Part shown: positions 23,691 to 36,902 of the stretch, one piece after another | Position numbering within the stretch: position 1 is the first letter of the stretch | How the letters are laid out: the number at the start of each line of letters is the position of its first letter | From: Bugula neritina | Taxonomy: Eukaryota > Animalia > Bryozoa | Assembly: GCA_964035545.1 (NCBI GenBank) | Contig: OZ037767.1 | Span: 19,050,628-19,114,627 of the forward strand | Length of the DNA: 64,000 nt | Direction: 5' to 3' | Translations under genes and position numbers: made by a program | The notes under the pieces: generated by a model | Databases searched by the model: none | What the model saw: the letters and a program-made list of their open reading frames with translations, nothing else | Told to the model about the DNA's origin: nothing

Positions 23691-26600
23691 ATGGATGGTT
23701 TAAAATCGTTTGCTGGTGAAGCCTCTGCCCTAGTGGACCGCGCCGTACAGGTGAGACAATAAAGCTTCTGTCTTTAACAGGAATTTTGCTTTCTGAAAAT
23801 CAATATAATTAAAACTAAGTTCACTGTCAGTGTAAGTAACGTTAACACATTGGGCCATTAAAAATGAATGCTAAAAGTAGGAGTTTAGCTTGGGGTGAAA
23901 ATTAAATTTTAACTTTAAGAGAATACAGTTTTTAGTAGGCCTACTTGCTATAGCTATTACTATATTACCACTGCTATTGCTATTACTATAATATTACAAT
24001 GGCTTTTACTAGTACTATATTACCATTGCTATTGCTATTACTATATCATTTTACCATTGCTATATTGCTGTTAGTATTACTAGATTACTAGAATACTACC
24101 ATTGCTATTGCTATTACTATTACTATAAAATTATTTCTATTGCTATTTTTATTGCTATTACTATTAATATATTACCATTGCTATTGTTATATTATTATTA
24201 TTATTACATTTATATTACCATTGCTATTGCCATTACTATTGAAAGCTGCAATTTAATTTTTTGGTGCATAAGTTATATTGTTGCTTCATGTTAGCGTATT
24301 GCTTAAGCAGTTATAACCTTTGTCATATCAACCAATTGGTCTGTAAACTAAGCTTTATATTATTACTATAGCAATCCTATAGACCAATATATAATTTAGG
24401 ATTTTTATCTCGAATTAATAGTCCAAGTCCACAATAGCTAAATTGCCAATGGTTATGGTGTGGCTGAAGTGTAATGTAACAACTCTAACATTTGATTTGT
24501 ATTCTGTAGTATACTGGGGAGAAGCTAGGCAGAGCAGAGCACACAGATTTAGATGATCACATTAAAGAGCTTTTGCAAAGAGCTGACAAAACTAAAGCTC
24601 AAACTGAACATTTACTTAAATGTACAGCCTCTGTCCTTCATCCAGATCCGAGTAAGTGTAGCAACTGTTCCAGCTAGCTGCAACTACTAATCTTTACATG
24701 ACTAGTACTACTAATAGTTACAATTAGTAATAGTGACTATTGGTAGCAATCATGAGTATAGTGACTAGTGATAGTGTGAGTTGGTACATCTAGTATAATT
24801 TGTACCTGAGTCAGTAATTGTTGTATGATGTAGTAGTGGTTCTATTACCAATAGGAGAGGTCTCAATATAGAAGGCTGTTGTATAAACCGCTACTATTGT
24901 CTCTAATCACTAATTTCTGATGCATTAAAATATTTGGATACAACACTGGAAACATTGATTTTTGTTAACCTAATTTTTTAAGGTTTTTTTTAACAATTTT
25001 GGTTTGAGGTGTAATTTGCAACTATTTCGATAATCTAAATTTTTGCTACATTTCTAATATGGAGCATATAACATAATATTAATTTTTAAATTTATCCATC
25101 ACTGCACCTTCCCTTAAAGACTGTAGTGATAATATCAGCATCAGTGGCAGGAACAGTACTGTTAGTAGCAGCAGCAGCAGCAGCTGCAGCTGCAGTTGCA
25201 GTTGCAGTTACAGTTGCAGTAGCAGTGACATCATTGGCAGTGCTATAGTGCTGCTACAACTAAATACTACTATAACTATTACCACTATTAGTAACACTAG
25301 TTGCAGTGAAAGTAGTGGCATGGGTATAGTATGTGATAGCAAGCACAATTAAAAACAGCAGCGAATAGAATGTTTTAATTTTTTAAGCTAAAGTCAGTTT
25401 TGATTTGAAAATAAAATTTGGTTGATTGGTCGAGTGCTGTGTTCACTGGGAAATTTTGTGACACCTACATTTCATCAAGCGTGTCTATTGACAAACATTA
25501 GTGTTGAAAGTCAAATAGCTCTCATGAATGCATAATATTGAAAATCATATGATTTCAAAATTACATAGCTTGATGAACATATTTCCATGATCTCTTCCCA
25601 TCAATTGTGATATAGAATATTATGCTAAGCTAATTGGTGGCCATTTTACTCATACTAACATCTTTTTGCAGCTGACAGAGCCGAAAATTTTGTACTCAAC
25701 AAACTGGAGAAAATAGGACTAGAGAAAAAGAATCAGAAACTGTCTAATCTGGCTCAATTGGGAGGAGCGATGCTGGAAGCTGGTGCTGTGTTTGACCCAA
25801 GTTCTTCTTACGGTATGTGTTGTAGTGTTGAAGACAGTGGCATAGACCACCGAAGCCTCATGTTGATTTTACATTCATTCACTCAGACTGAAATGTTTTC
25901 TGTTGTCAGCTTGATTTGACTACTGGTGTTTTCAGTTATGTTTTGACCAGTTGTTTAGTACTTCATGCTTCGATATGTTGGCTTTCAATGTGTTGTAAGT
26001 TATGTTCTAGAATTAGTTACAAATTGCCTTACATTTTTGTTGAGATTGGTTTCAAGTTGGAAATACTTCCTAAAGTTTAGTGCTAAAAATCACTCATGAA
26101 ATGTTGCTTCGTTTCCCCAAAAACTGAGTTGAGTCATCAATAGGGAGTGTCTGACAATTGCAAATAAGCACGGTATGGCACCATCAACAGTATTTCTTAT
26201 TGCAATTCATTATGGCATTCTTTAGCCTCAGTTTGTTGAATAACTGGTTTTGATCAGCTTTCATATTATTCTCAGGCAATTCTTTGCTCAAAGTTGGTGA
26301 GACTGAGCAGAAACTTGGAGATTGTGAGAAGACTTTTGTTTCGACAGCCACGAGTGAGTACCTGCAGCCCCTGAAAGCCTTCCTTGACACTGACATGAAG
26401 AACGTTACGGTTAGTAAGTCACTTCCTGTCAGCTAGTCAATCCTATTAAGTATTTGCACACTATGCAAACCCTACAGGCAGTTGATTAATTTCATTTTTT
26501 AACATTTTGCCAGCTGGTGGAAGAAAATCAACTGCGAAAAGCACCAAGTTGCATCTTACTTTTAGCTAATGGCAATTTTTTTCAATTGATTAAACAGACT

Positions 26601-29600
26601 TTTGTTCTAAACAGGAGGCTTGTGTTGGAACTTTTTTAAAGTGTGTTCATCAAAAGTCTGTTTTAACAGCTGTTGTGTTTACCTACTAGCCGCTGTGGTG
26701 TAATCGCTAGCTTGCCTGCTTGCAATCCTGAATCCCAATGGGTGCAAAATCATTTTACACCTATTAATGTGGAAAGTTTTTCAACGTTAAATGGCAATAC
26801 AAACAATGGCTATAGACTATATAAACTACTTGCTGCTGAAGTAACGTGAAGCCAAGACGGTTTGGTAAATATTTACTTTTCATTGGTATGGCATATATAG
26901 AAATACATATTTAGTCAGAGTCAGCTCTCATTTTTATAAGTCTTGGTTCTGAAAACAGGAAACCACGCACATCTAACCAGATTGGGTTTCTAAATGAGTT
27001 AAGTTATGCTGTTTAGAAATAATAGTGAGAATAAAGTTTTGCATTTTTGAAGATTGGTCTTTGAACTAGTGAAAGTGGAAAATATTTTTACAGTAGAGAA
27101 ATGTGGTGAATAAATTGGTTTTTATATGCAGTGAGCTCAGAATGCATATCTACTGGGTATTCTCGTACTCTCTGTTCTATATGTTTGTGCAGTCTTTTGT
27201 CTGATAACAACCACATTAGCATGCTTGTTGCCTGATTCACAGAATCACAATGTACCTGTACAACTATTTGCTGGTAGAGAAAGCAATAGCCAGCATGAAT
27301 CCATGCTTCGTTGTAAATATAGAACATTTGATCAGACATTATAATAACTAATAATCTACTGGTAGTATACAGTAAAAACATTAGAGCTTGTGACATAGAT
27401 ATAGTATAATTAATAATACGCATAATATATAATTAGTAATATAATCACATAAAACAGCTAATGATATATTCAAAATACAACAAATAACATATAGTACCAG
27501 AATATAATATAAAATACCAGAACAATAATACAGCATCAGTATAACTAATAATATAAAGACAAAGTACTGTACAATAATATACTTCCAGTATAACAAATAA
27601 AACACAGACAGTTTAAAACTAAAATTATACAAATAGCGTTATCAACAATTTAAAAGAATAACATTTTACCAAAACATTTTACTAAAATACTACATATTAT
27701 TACGATTTTTTGGCCTACAGAAAGGAAAGCGAGATCTGGAAGCTAAGAGGTTAGATTTGGATGCTGCCAAGAATAAATTGAAAAAAGCAAAGTCTAAGAA
27801 AGGCAATTCGGACGTGAGTTTATTTGTAAATATATAGCACATAATATTGTCATATCATACACCAGGAATTACATTACTATGTGTACCACAAACTATACAC
27901 TATATTTTCTTGAGTATGATATAAATCTAGGTAATGCAGTGTGACCAGTAGAATGGCACGTAGCAATTCGTGTGTGATATGATGGGATAAAAAGCATTAC
28001 ATCAACTTTATTTCTTGATTAAAATTTTTGTAGATTTGATATAAAATAAATTCAATGATGATTAATGAAAGTCTAAGAAAATTGAGAGTTTCAGATTTAG
28101 TGGTGATGCCAATGACTCCCCCTTGCTGTGACCAAATCTCACGAAGGTCACCTCAATGGTCATGTTCGAGCAGATGCATTGTGTGGTTACCAGCCGCGAA
28201 TTCAATACTTACATCTTGGGGCATGACCTCCATGCTGTGCAGATAGTGCATTTCCTCTTCCATTGCTAGGTGTAAGGCCCAGTCTCCTTCTCTAACAGCT
28301 ATGATGTGGGTGTTGATGATAAAAATTGGTCCAATAAAGCACATGACCCACAGTTTTGCTGTTATTGATCTCTCTGCAATCTTAATCAACATCTTTTCAA
28401 GGTCTTTCATGCTAGGGATTACACTTTCATCATGACTAGCTTTAACAGTTCTCCCACCAATATTCTCAAACCTCGTACATTCTAGGGAAACTTTTTTTAT
28501 TTAGCATTTTGGAGAAACCACCAAAAGTAGAATTAACTATTTCTACCAAATCACTTTTAGCTATTAGTGTTCCAGTGCACCCAACATATGTCATTAAAAG
28601 GAGAGAAATTAATAGTAAACGTTAATGAAAGGGGATTGGTATGAAAAAGGTAGGAAACCACTGTTCTAATAGATGTATTACTTCCCCCAGCATGAAATAC
28701 ATTTTCATTCATCAAAAAACTGTTTACAAATGCTTTTGGAGGAAAAGTCGAATGTGCTGATTGTAGAAATAGTTTTCGAAAGCAAAAATGTCAGATAAAT
28801 GATGCGTCAATAATAAAGCAATTAAATTATGTTAAGAAGCCATGGTGCTGTGTTATTAAGGTTGTTAACCCCTTTTTATAACTTTAAAAAACATAGCTAA
28901 AGTTTTAAAACTGAAAATAACCATTAAGTTGGCAGCTCAACAAACCTTTTTGATAGGCATGCTAGTTTGAAATAAATAGCTATTTAGCTCATATGGCAAT
29001 GACGTTGCAATTTAAGTTTGCAGAACCCTTTTCAGCTTTATTTGGTAGACATATTTGTAATCAGCATATAAAATCACACCATATAGTAAACTTTCATGAA
29101 GTTAGAACAAACTGATGCAGAGATGCAAGGAATTAATAAACGCGGCAAGGCTAAAATGAATAATTAAGGCTTAGCTTAGTTACCCTAGGGTATCATTTGT
29201 CTATTACTCAATAATGCACATGATAAAGGTACATGCATCTTTATTATATTAATTTCTAAAGATTTCAAAGCATTGGAACCTTAAATTTAGCCCCAATGGG
29301 TAGGTACGTTTGAATAAAAAAAATCCTTTGGTGCCTGGCGGCCATCTTGAATTTCTCAAAATGCTCTAGGGTAAGAAGTCCACACCCACCTGGAAACATT
29401 TACCTAGACCCTATATTTGAATAATCAGGAGAGAAAAAAACTTTATCCGGGGTTGCGAACCTAAGTCAAAAATTGGCATTTTTCTGCCAGACTAATGTGC
29501 CATGCTGCGTTTAGATTACTGTAAGGAATTAAAGGGTTAATCTCTATAACTTTTGTATTATTCTCAGTGTGATGATATTTATCTGAAAAATAGTAATTTA

Positions 29601-32245
29601 ATTTTACAGTATAGAGTCTAATCTGATTAATAAAGCCTTCCACATCTAATTAATTCCAAGTGCAGACAACTAACAGTTTCAACCTTTGATATTGTATTAT
29701 TTCTGTAATTGTTTGTAGGAGATGATTGCAAAGGTTTGTTGAGATATTTTCAAGTCTTCCATTGTACTTACAGGTTGTGTTTAACTTATATGTAGCTCAA
29801 AAATGATTTGCTTGCTAAAACTTTCCTTCATGTTGTTGATGTAGCCTTCTGCTACAGTTACTATAGACAAATTGCTATACAGATTAGATATCCTAAACAA
29901 AAGATATCTAATCTGTAAAGCAAGAATTGTCACCAGCATGTGAAAGTGTAGTAAAAAGTGTGTTTGTGTACTGGAGAGGGTGTTGATGTTATAAAAGCAG
30001 TGTTAGTGTGGTGGAAGGGGTATTGATGCATTGAAAAGCAGGGCTATGTTCGGAGAGTGTTGCATTTGCCAACTAAAATGAATGTAACTTTTTTTGGCTA
30101 AATTGAAGGACTTTACTCTTAAACTGTTGTATATCTCTAATTTTTTTTTACAAAGGAAAATTGTTTTAAACATACTTCCTAGCCTCCAATTAAATTTTTT
30201 TTAAAATGAAATTACAAAAACCATATTTTAATTGTAAAAATTGAGATAAGCAGACTTTTATTCATATAATTAAAGCAGTAGATTGTCAAGAGTAGTTACT
30301 AGAACTGAGCAAAGGTAAAGGTGAATGTAGCTAGATAAGTATTTCGCTCTGTCATGCACAAGATCAAAACCGAATGTAAAAATTTTTCACCACCAGCCAA
30401 TTTTTTATTGAATTTATTAATTGTTTAGGGAAATTTTCTGATGTCAAAATTAATCTTAAACTCCATGCTTTCACAAAGCTGATTTTATGATGTCAGCTCA
30501 GTAAACTTTGCTGAGGTGACCATGCAGTCGCACTTTTTTTGCTAGTTTATAGGTTAATTTATAACTTTAGGTGGAGTCTGAAGTGAAACACGCCCAATCA
30601 GAGTTTGATAAACAGGCTGAGACTACTATACAGCTTTTAGAAGGTAATTATAGTATGTCATCAGCTTTTTGATGGGTTTATACTACAAGCATGTAGAAAT
30701 GCAACTTGTTATTACTTTTCTAATTTTCTTCTAGTTAAATTTATGGAGGTAAAATTTATTGGATATCATAAAAATCCTTTTTAACGGAAAAGTGACTTTT
30801 ACAATAAAATAATGCTTTTACTAATTGAATCAGATAACTTGAAAGAAGATATTGTTTATGTTAGAACAGCATAGAGTTAGGTTTGTTTTTGGTTAAAAAA
30901 TGTTGCAGGCCATTGCTTCAATTATACTAATAAATAAGTAGAGGTTTCTTTGAAAACTATTTTAATTGCTATTATTTTCTACCAAAACATGTTTGTCAGT
31001 CATTAGACTGTAGTTTTAGCTTTACAAAACCATTCTCATTTTAGAAGTGAACCAGTTTTATGAGAGCCAAACAAAAAGCCTGAAGAAGTTTGTGGAGGCG
31101 CAGGCTAGTTACTACGCCAGCTGCCATCAGTATATGCAGGACTTGCAGCATCAACTGGACAGGTGTGGCGGCAGACTGTTTCCATAACTACATACTCTTC
31201 TAATAACCTAGCTTGGCATTTGTGGCACTAGATATGTGATATGTGGTATGATTATCTGTACGTTACCTATCCATGCTATCTTGAGAACTGCTGTAGTGTT
31301 GAGTTTACCCAGCAGCCCCTGTGGTGTGATGATTTAGCTCGCCTGCTTGTAAGTGGGGGGGGGAGAGATTATTTTACAACTGCCATTTTAAACTGCTTGT
31401 GATTTTTTCTGCCAAAATTGTCAGGACATGGTAAAACCTCTAATTTACATTCTGCTGATTGCTAGTATAATCAAACTACTCTTAGAACTTATCTGCTAAC
31501 CGTTGTATGCTTTCTTCTTGTGATTATCTAACTTATTGAATTACAATGTCGCTTATAAGATTATTTCCAGTATTTCTTAGCTGTAGCAGTTGATTGTGCT
31601 CATGATCATTGAGCAAAGGTTGGATTTTGCAAAGATGTTTATATGACTGACCCTGATCCTTATAAACTTGTAAATTTTCAAATCGCCTTATTTTGTTGGC
31701 AACTTCATAGCTCAATTCATTAGCATTTGCAAAGGGAATTAAAACTGATAGTGTGAAAGAGACAAAATGCTACTCTTTGTTTCTCCATCAGTATAGTCTT
31801 TGTGTCTAGTTAAAATTAATATAAACAGAGGTGCTCCAGGTTTCAGCTCTGCAGCAGTGGTAGCGTCAGAAGCAGCAGTAGCAGTAATAGCAAAATTTTT
31901 AGTGGTAGATGCAGCAGGAAATGTTAGAATATTTGAAAAGTTTCACTCTTTGCTGAGTTCCCTATTTAACTGTTGGTACATTGAGTGTGTGAAAGTATCA
32001 CAAAAAGTTTAAAATTTATTATACTCATTGGTTTATTATATTCTGCTATGTAACTGCAGTAACTGAAAAATTTCGAGTATATTTATTAATTTATGCACCT
32101 ACATCTAACCAAAACGTCTAACCAAACCGTCTAACCAAAGCTTGGTGAAACAAGGAAATATTGCAGCTTTGTTGATTGAGTAAAACCATGGTGGAATATT
32201 TATATTTTGCATCAAGATGTGTTTTGGTTTTTTTGTAGTTTATAA
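23691..32245 (+). CDS. Endophilin-B (SH3GLB1/Bif-1-like) N-BAR protein, copy 1, 260 aa, no SH3 domain
   Basis: Exons 23691-23750, 24510-24651, 25672-25812, 26276-26409, 27721-27813, 29719-29733, 30571-30643, 31045-31162, 32239-32245 (783 nt in frame). Motifs RAVQ|YTGEKLGRAEHTDLD, YGNSLLKVGETEQKLG, KRLDLDAAKNKLKKAK, AQSEFDKQAE, FVEAQASYYASCHQYMQDLQ resemble human endophilin B1, and several intron positions coincide. Confidence 0.9.
26689..26762 (+). mobile_element. Degenerate tRNA-derived SINE-like repeat (other copies near 31316, 39775, 42714, 59850, 61091)
   Basis: Shared GCC(N)3GTGG(T/C)G start with A-box-like TGGTGTAAT. Copies at 59850 and 61091 retain B-box-like GGTCTCGAGTCC / GGTTTTGAATT. 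Confidence 0.5.
28089..29494. mobile_element. DNA transposon remnant (Academ-like) in endophilin copy 1 intron 5
   Basis: Absent from copy 2. Minus-strand fragment AKLW...AVREGDWALHL...EFAAGNH resembles my recollection of Academ-type transposases. Right end reads TAGTCTGGCAGAAAAA on the minus strand. Superfamily assignment tentative. Confidence 0.5.
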
Positions 32246-32537
32246 CTGCCCGCTGGAAAAAGAACTCAAGTAATTGGATGATGGCAGAAAGAACTGGTTA
32301 ATAGAGTTGATTGTCACTGTCACATATAAAAACTATTGCTATTGCTGTGTATCTGAATAAAATAATAAATACTACCATTATCTTCAAATTAATGTGCAAA
32401 ACTGTGTAAACTCTGCACTGTAGTCTTGTGTGCTTCATGTTATTTTTAAACGTAACTAAGTGGGTTTTAGTTCTACAGTTTTACAAAAACTCATGACTTT
32501 ACTATCACCATCTTGTGTAGCTTATATTAATATTGTG

Positions 32538-35443
32538 CCTTTTACATCCCTCAATGCACGCCAAACGTAAGGATTGTATAACATGTACATTTGCAAGTTT
32601 ATCTCCGACATATTGTAACTGTCATGCTCAGCTGTGTCACCTTGAAGCTCTAGTTTGTAATGGGCAAAATTTACTAAAATAACAAAGATGTATAAATGTA
32701 ATGCAAGCAAGTTTATAACTATGTGAATATATCATAGCGTTAGAGTCATCCATCCTTGCATAATTTGTGCTTGGAATGAAATTTGCAAAATTTACAGATA
32801 TTGCATTATTTCTTATAGAAAAATAAAATAAATAAGTTTCCTTGTACTTTTCTTCTTTATTGAATTCAAGTAAAACTCAGGTAAACAAATAATTTTGTGA
32901 GGAACAAAAATAGATCGATGTAAAGTAAAATTGCAGAAATCAATGATTACAATTCTGAAAAAATTGTCTGTTATAACTCAGTCAATGTTCATCAACCATA
33001 ATGCAAAGTGTCTAGAAGGAAGGCAAAATTTGCCAAACCAGTACAGTACCCTCTTGAGCTAAAAGTAATAAACTGAGGCTTAACATACATCAGTCTGTCA
33101 GAGTTCCCGGAACATATTATATTACCTATATTATTAATTGCAGTTGTGTAAATATCAAAAGCTTCATCCATATTTCCCCAAGGAAGTTCTAAAACCTCTT
33201 TCTTACTCTCAAGCTGTAGATTGACATTGACCATTTTCTCTTCCATACTAAAAGAAACATTCAGAAAATTATTTATAAATTGATTCATTGCATCTCACAA
33301 ACATGACAACACCTTGCAAAATTCAGTGTAAATACCGGCTATAACATAAGTAGGTATGAATAAAAATGAGAGAAAAAGTCAAAACTCTGTTGGCTTATTT
33401 AAAATAAAAACTCATTTAAGGTATTTGCAAGATGTCACGAAAAGCTATTTCTGCCCCATGCCCCTCTATATTTGATGGTTTGATTTCTTGCAGAAGAACA
33501 TTGACTCAGAAAGTTATTGATGAAATAGTCATTGTCTGCTATACATTTGATGGCAAGTTCTTTGTTAAGTTTCTGAATGTGCAAATTAATGTTTAGATAC
33601 TCAATACCAAGTTTTAAGCAATCTTTGAAAATCTTTCGGATAGCCTTTTTATCACTGACATAGATACAAATAAACATAATTGGTAGACAATAGGCAATGC
33701 GGGACATGATGAAATTTTTGAATTACATATTTGCTAGAGGTTAAGAGCTAAGATACACAAAATTCTTCACAATATACATTCTTCTTGATACTTTTGTAAC
33801 TACTGATTGTACATATTTATGAAATCTCAAACTCTGATCCACTAACACACCAAGGTATCTCACTTTTTCAGACAGTACAATGTTGGTTCCATTCAATACG
33901 GGAGTAGGGGTATGAGGTTTAGCACGTTGGGTTGAGAACATCATTTCTTGAGTCTTGCTAGGGTCTAATAATAGATTTAAATCATCACATTGCTTAGAAA
34001 TTATTTTAATATTGTCAAGGTAAATATTTAGATCAGACTGTTTGCCATTAATGCAGCCAACAATGCAAGCGTCATTTGCAGATTTAATTACAGTTATGTT
34101 GCTCTGGCTTGAGTTAATCCTACTAATGTAGATAGAAAACAATAGTGGAGATGAGCAGCACACTTGGAGAGTTACTGTGTTAGTTATGACTGAATTTGAT
34201 GTTATACCATCCACTATTGTGCACTGTACTCTGTAAGAAAGCTGTAAATCCACTCAGTAACATTGTAGTCAAGATGAGTTAGTTGTGTAATGAGGTCTGG
34301 AATAGATATAGTGTTGAAAGCAGAAGAGAAGTCTATAAAGAGGTACCTTGCATAATTGGATGTTTTCTTGTCAATAAAACTTGTCACAGTAGTAGTTAGA
34401 CATAACAGCGCATCTTGTGTAGAGCGATTTGTATGATCTGTGAACTGATATTTATCTATAGGTGTATGAGTTGTAATGTAGTGTTTGATAAGCCTTTCCA
34501 ACATTTTGCATATGCAGCTTGTGAGAGCAATTGGGCAATATTGTTTAAGTAGTTCAGGATTTTTGACTTTAGGAAGTGGCTTGATCATTGCAGATTTCCA
34601 TGAATTTGGAGTTGTCTTAGATTTGATAGAGAAAGTAAACAGTTTTGTAAAAACATGTGCTAGAACTTGATAGCAGCAGATTTTCAAAACTATTGGAATG
34701 AGACCATCAGGACCTGCACTTTTTCAAAAGTTTAGTCCCTTTAGATGTTTGAGAACAGCATCTTTTGATATTTCCAATTGAAGTGCACTGTTAATGTTTT
34801 TATCGGAAACAGGCTGATGAGAACAATTTATGAGATATAGTATAGGTAGTATAAGTTGGACTTATAGGCAATGGCTTAAAAGCTTAGCTATTTACAGTAT
34901 CAATTTTATTAAAAACTTATATGGGTCTTGCTCTATAATCCACCTAAAAACCTGCAGCTGGATTACATTTTATCTACTTTTCAGAAAGTTAACTATATAA
35001 TGTACCATGCACTAAATTGATGACACACCCACATTTAAATTATAGTCAATTAAATCTAGGTATATTTTGAGCTACTTGTTATCAAATTAAAACGATGGCA
35101 ATGAATCTATAGCTTATAAAAGCTTTTAATTAAAGCATTTAACATGTTTCAATAAATTGCTTTAGCCTTAATTTCAAATAACTAAAAGTTACCATCACCA
35201 TGGCCAAAAGTAGAAATAGCGATATATACTATGTTGAAAAAAGCAGACTAGGTACCGCAAAATACGCAAAATACGATGCTGTATGGCTATGACTAATGCA
35301 TGACTCAACAGTGTGTTATTAGAATATGACTAATATATTATTATTACTCACATGTGACTCATACAATTCAACTCAGACTCCCTGGTGACAAAAATATACT
35401 CTGATAATCTTTTCGTTGATAGGAATTGGGATATAATTGCCAC
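32538..35443 (-). pseudogene. Truncated duplicate of Bcl-2-like gene A
   Basis: Exon 1 remnant (~35384-35443) has ATG>GTG, a 1-nt insertion and a dead donor (GTAAGT>GGGAGT). Exon 2 (33126-33247) is open. Exon 3 (32538-32673) is cut by the duplication breakpoint. Exons 4-5 absent. LINE in intron 1. Confidence 0.88.
33270..34818 (-). mobile_element. Degenerate non-LTR retrotransposon (Rex1/Babar-L2-like RT)
   Basis: WKSAMIKPLPK, PIALTSCICKMLE, RSTQDAL, FIDFSSAFNTI, SKTQEM, VRYLGVLVD; frameshifted; absent from unit 1. Boundaries approximate. Confidence 0.85.
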
Positions 35444-35562
35444 CTCTGCTTATCAAAAATGTTTGATCGTTGAAACAAAAATTTATAACTATTCTATTAA
35501 AAAGTTTTTAATTAGGTATGTAAAATTATTCAAATATTTATTAAATGTTTTGATTGTAACAC

Positions 35563-36301
35563 TGTTGTATACTTGTTCTATATTTATCAAGTTTAACTCA
35601 TATGATTGTGCCTATGGACTCGGAATTATGTAGGTTGTAGCTTTGAATATCTGACTTACTAACTACGCTTTAACATTACTGCTAGCTTTTCTGTTGAATC
35701 AGTACTTATCATTGCATTAGACTTAGCAACCCTAACATTATTATTAAAAGACTCAGGGGAATCCATAACTCACATGAAATGAATTATATGCTATCCTCAG
35801 ACTAATAATATGGAGATTGGTACCTCTATAACTCTGAGGACACTAACTTTGATGTACATACCAACTTATGCAAGCACATGATTTAAGTATCGGCTACGAG
35901 CTATGAACAGGCAACAGTACCTATCATGTGTATGGTGCCTACCTCGCAGTGCATGAACTGGTTATATATTATTGGCTCTCAGTGTTGCAGCTCCCACATA
36001 ACCGTATATGGAGATCTAGGAGCAGCTTTCGTGACTAAACACTAGATACGCTGGTTGGCAGGAGGCGGAGCTACTAAAACTTTCAGGGCACTTCTAAATA
36101 CCACTGGGACCGGAGCAGACGTGTTTAGAGCCAAAAGGTCACTAAAATAAGCAAGGACAATAATCAAGGTAATTATATTTAAGATACAGTAGGTTCATAC
36201 ATACATATAATACTATACAGTTAATACTATAACCCCATCAATCATAATTGTACAAATAAGTTGCGAGAAATACGTATTCTTAATTCTTTCATACTATAAC
36301 A
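35563..36301. mobile_element. Probable solo LTR (739 bp), second family
   Basis: TGTTGTA...TATAACA termini, ACAC on both sides, absent from the paralogous site at ~22980. Confidence 0.7.
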
Positions 36302-36902
36302 ACACTAACAATAGGCAACTCCTGCAGTCAACTGAAAGATAATTTGTAGCTTAGGAAAATCAAAAGTTTACAGATATTATACAGAATAATAATTGACTAC
36401 AGCTATAGATTCTTTTTATCACTGTGATGTAACCTTAGTTTGAACAGTCTCTTGTAAGAAAAAACTCTTATGAATTATTGCTGACATAATTTTACAATGA
36501 ACATTGAATAAGAGGTGGCTACCAATTTTGTTTAATTTGAGCCCAAAATATCACCTCACATGTGATCATGGCTCTGTCTATTAATAATGCTGATGATCAT
36601 TTTTCTTTCATATATAAATTTCTGCAAAAGAATATTAATCATATTTTTGTTGCTGCGGTAAGAAATCAATTGTAACTGATATCAGATGCATGCCTCATGA
36701 GCTATCTCCTATATGTAAAAATACAGCCAAATTGAGTTTTATTTACCCCAAAAATATATGAAGTGTGGTGTGGCTAATCTATATAAATCAGCATTTTATA
36801 TCAAGTCATCAGAAAAAATATTATTATGATAACTCAACAAAGCGTTGTTTTGAGTTAAGAGTCTACACTTCATCAAATAACGTGGGTTGTGTTTTAGGAA
36901 GA

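Noticed and set aside
26184-26396. Conserved 70-aa antisense ORF (also 39215-39427)
   Set aside because: Shadow of endophilin exon 4 in a near-identical duplicated tract.
32992-33288. 98-aa ORF as a stand-alone gene
   Set aside because: It is pseudogene exon 2 read through into intron; the paralogous intron has an indel and a microsatellite.
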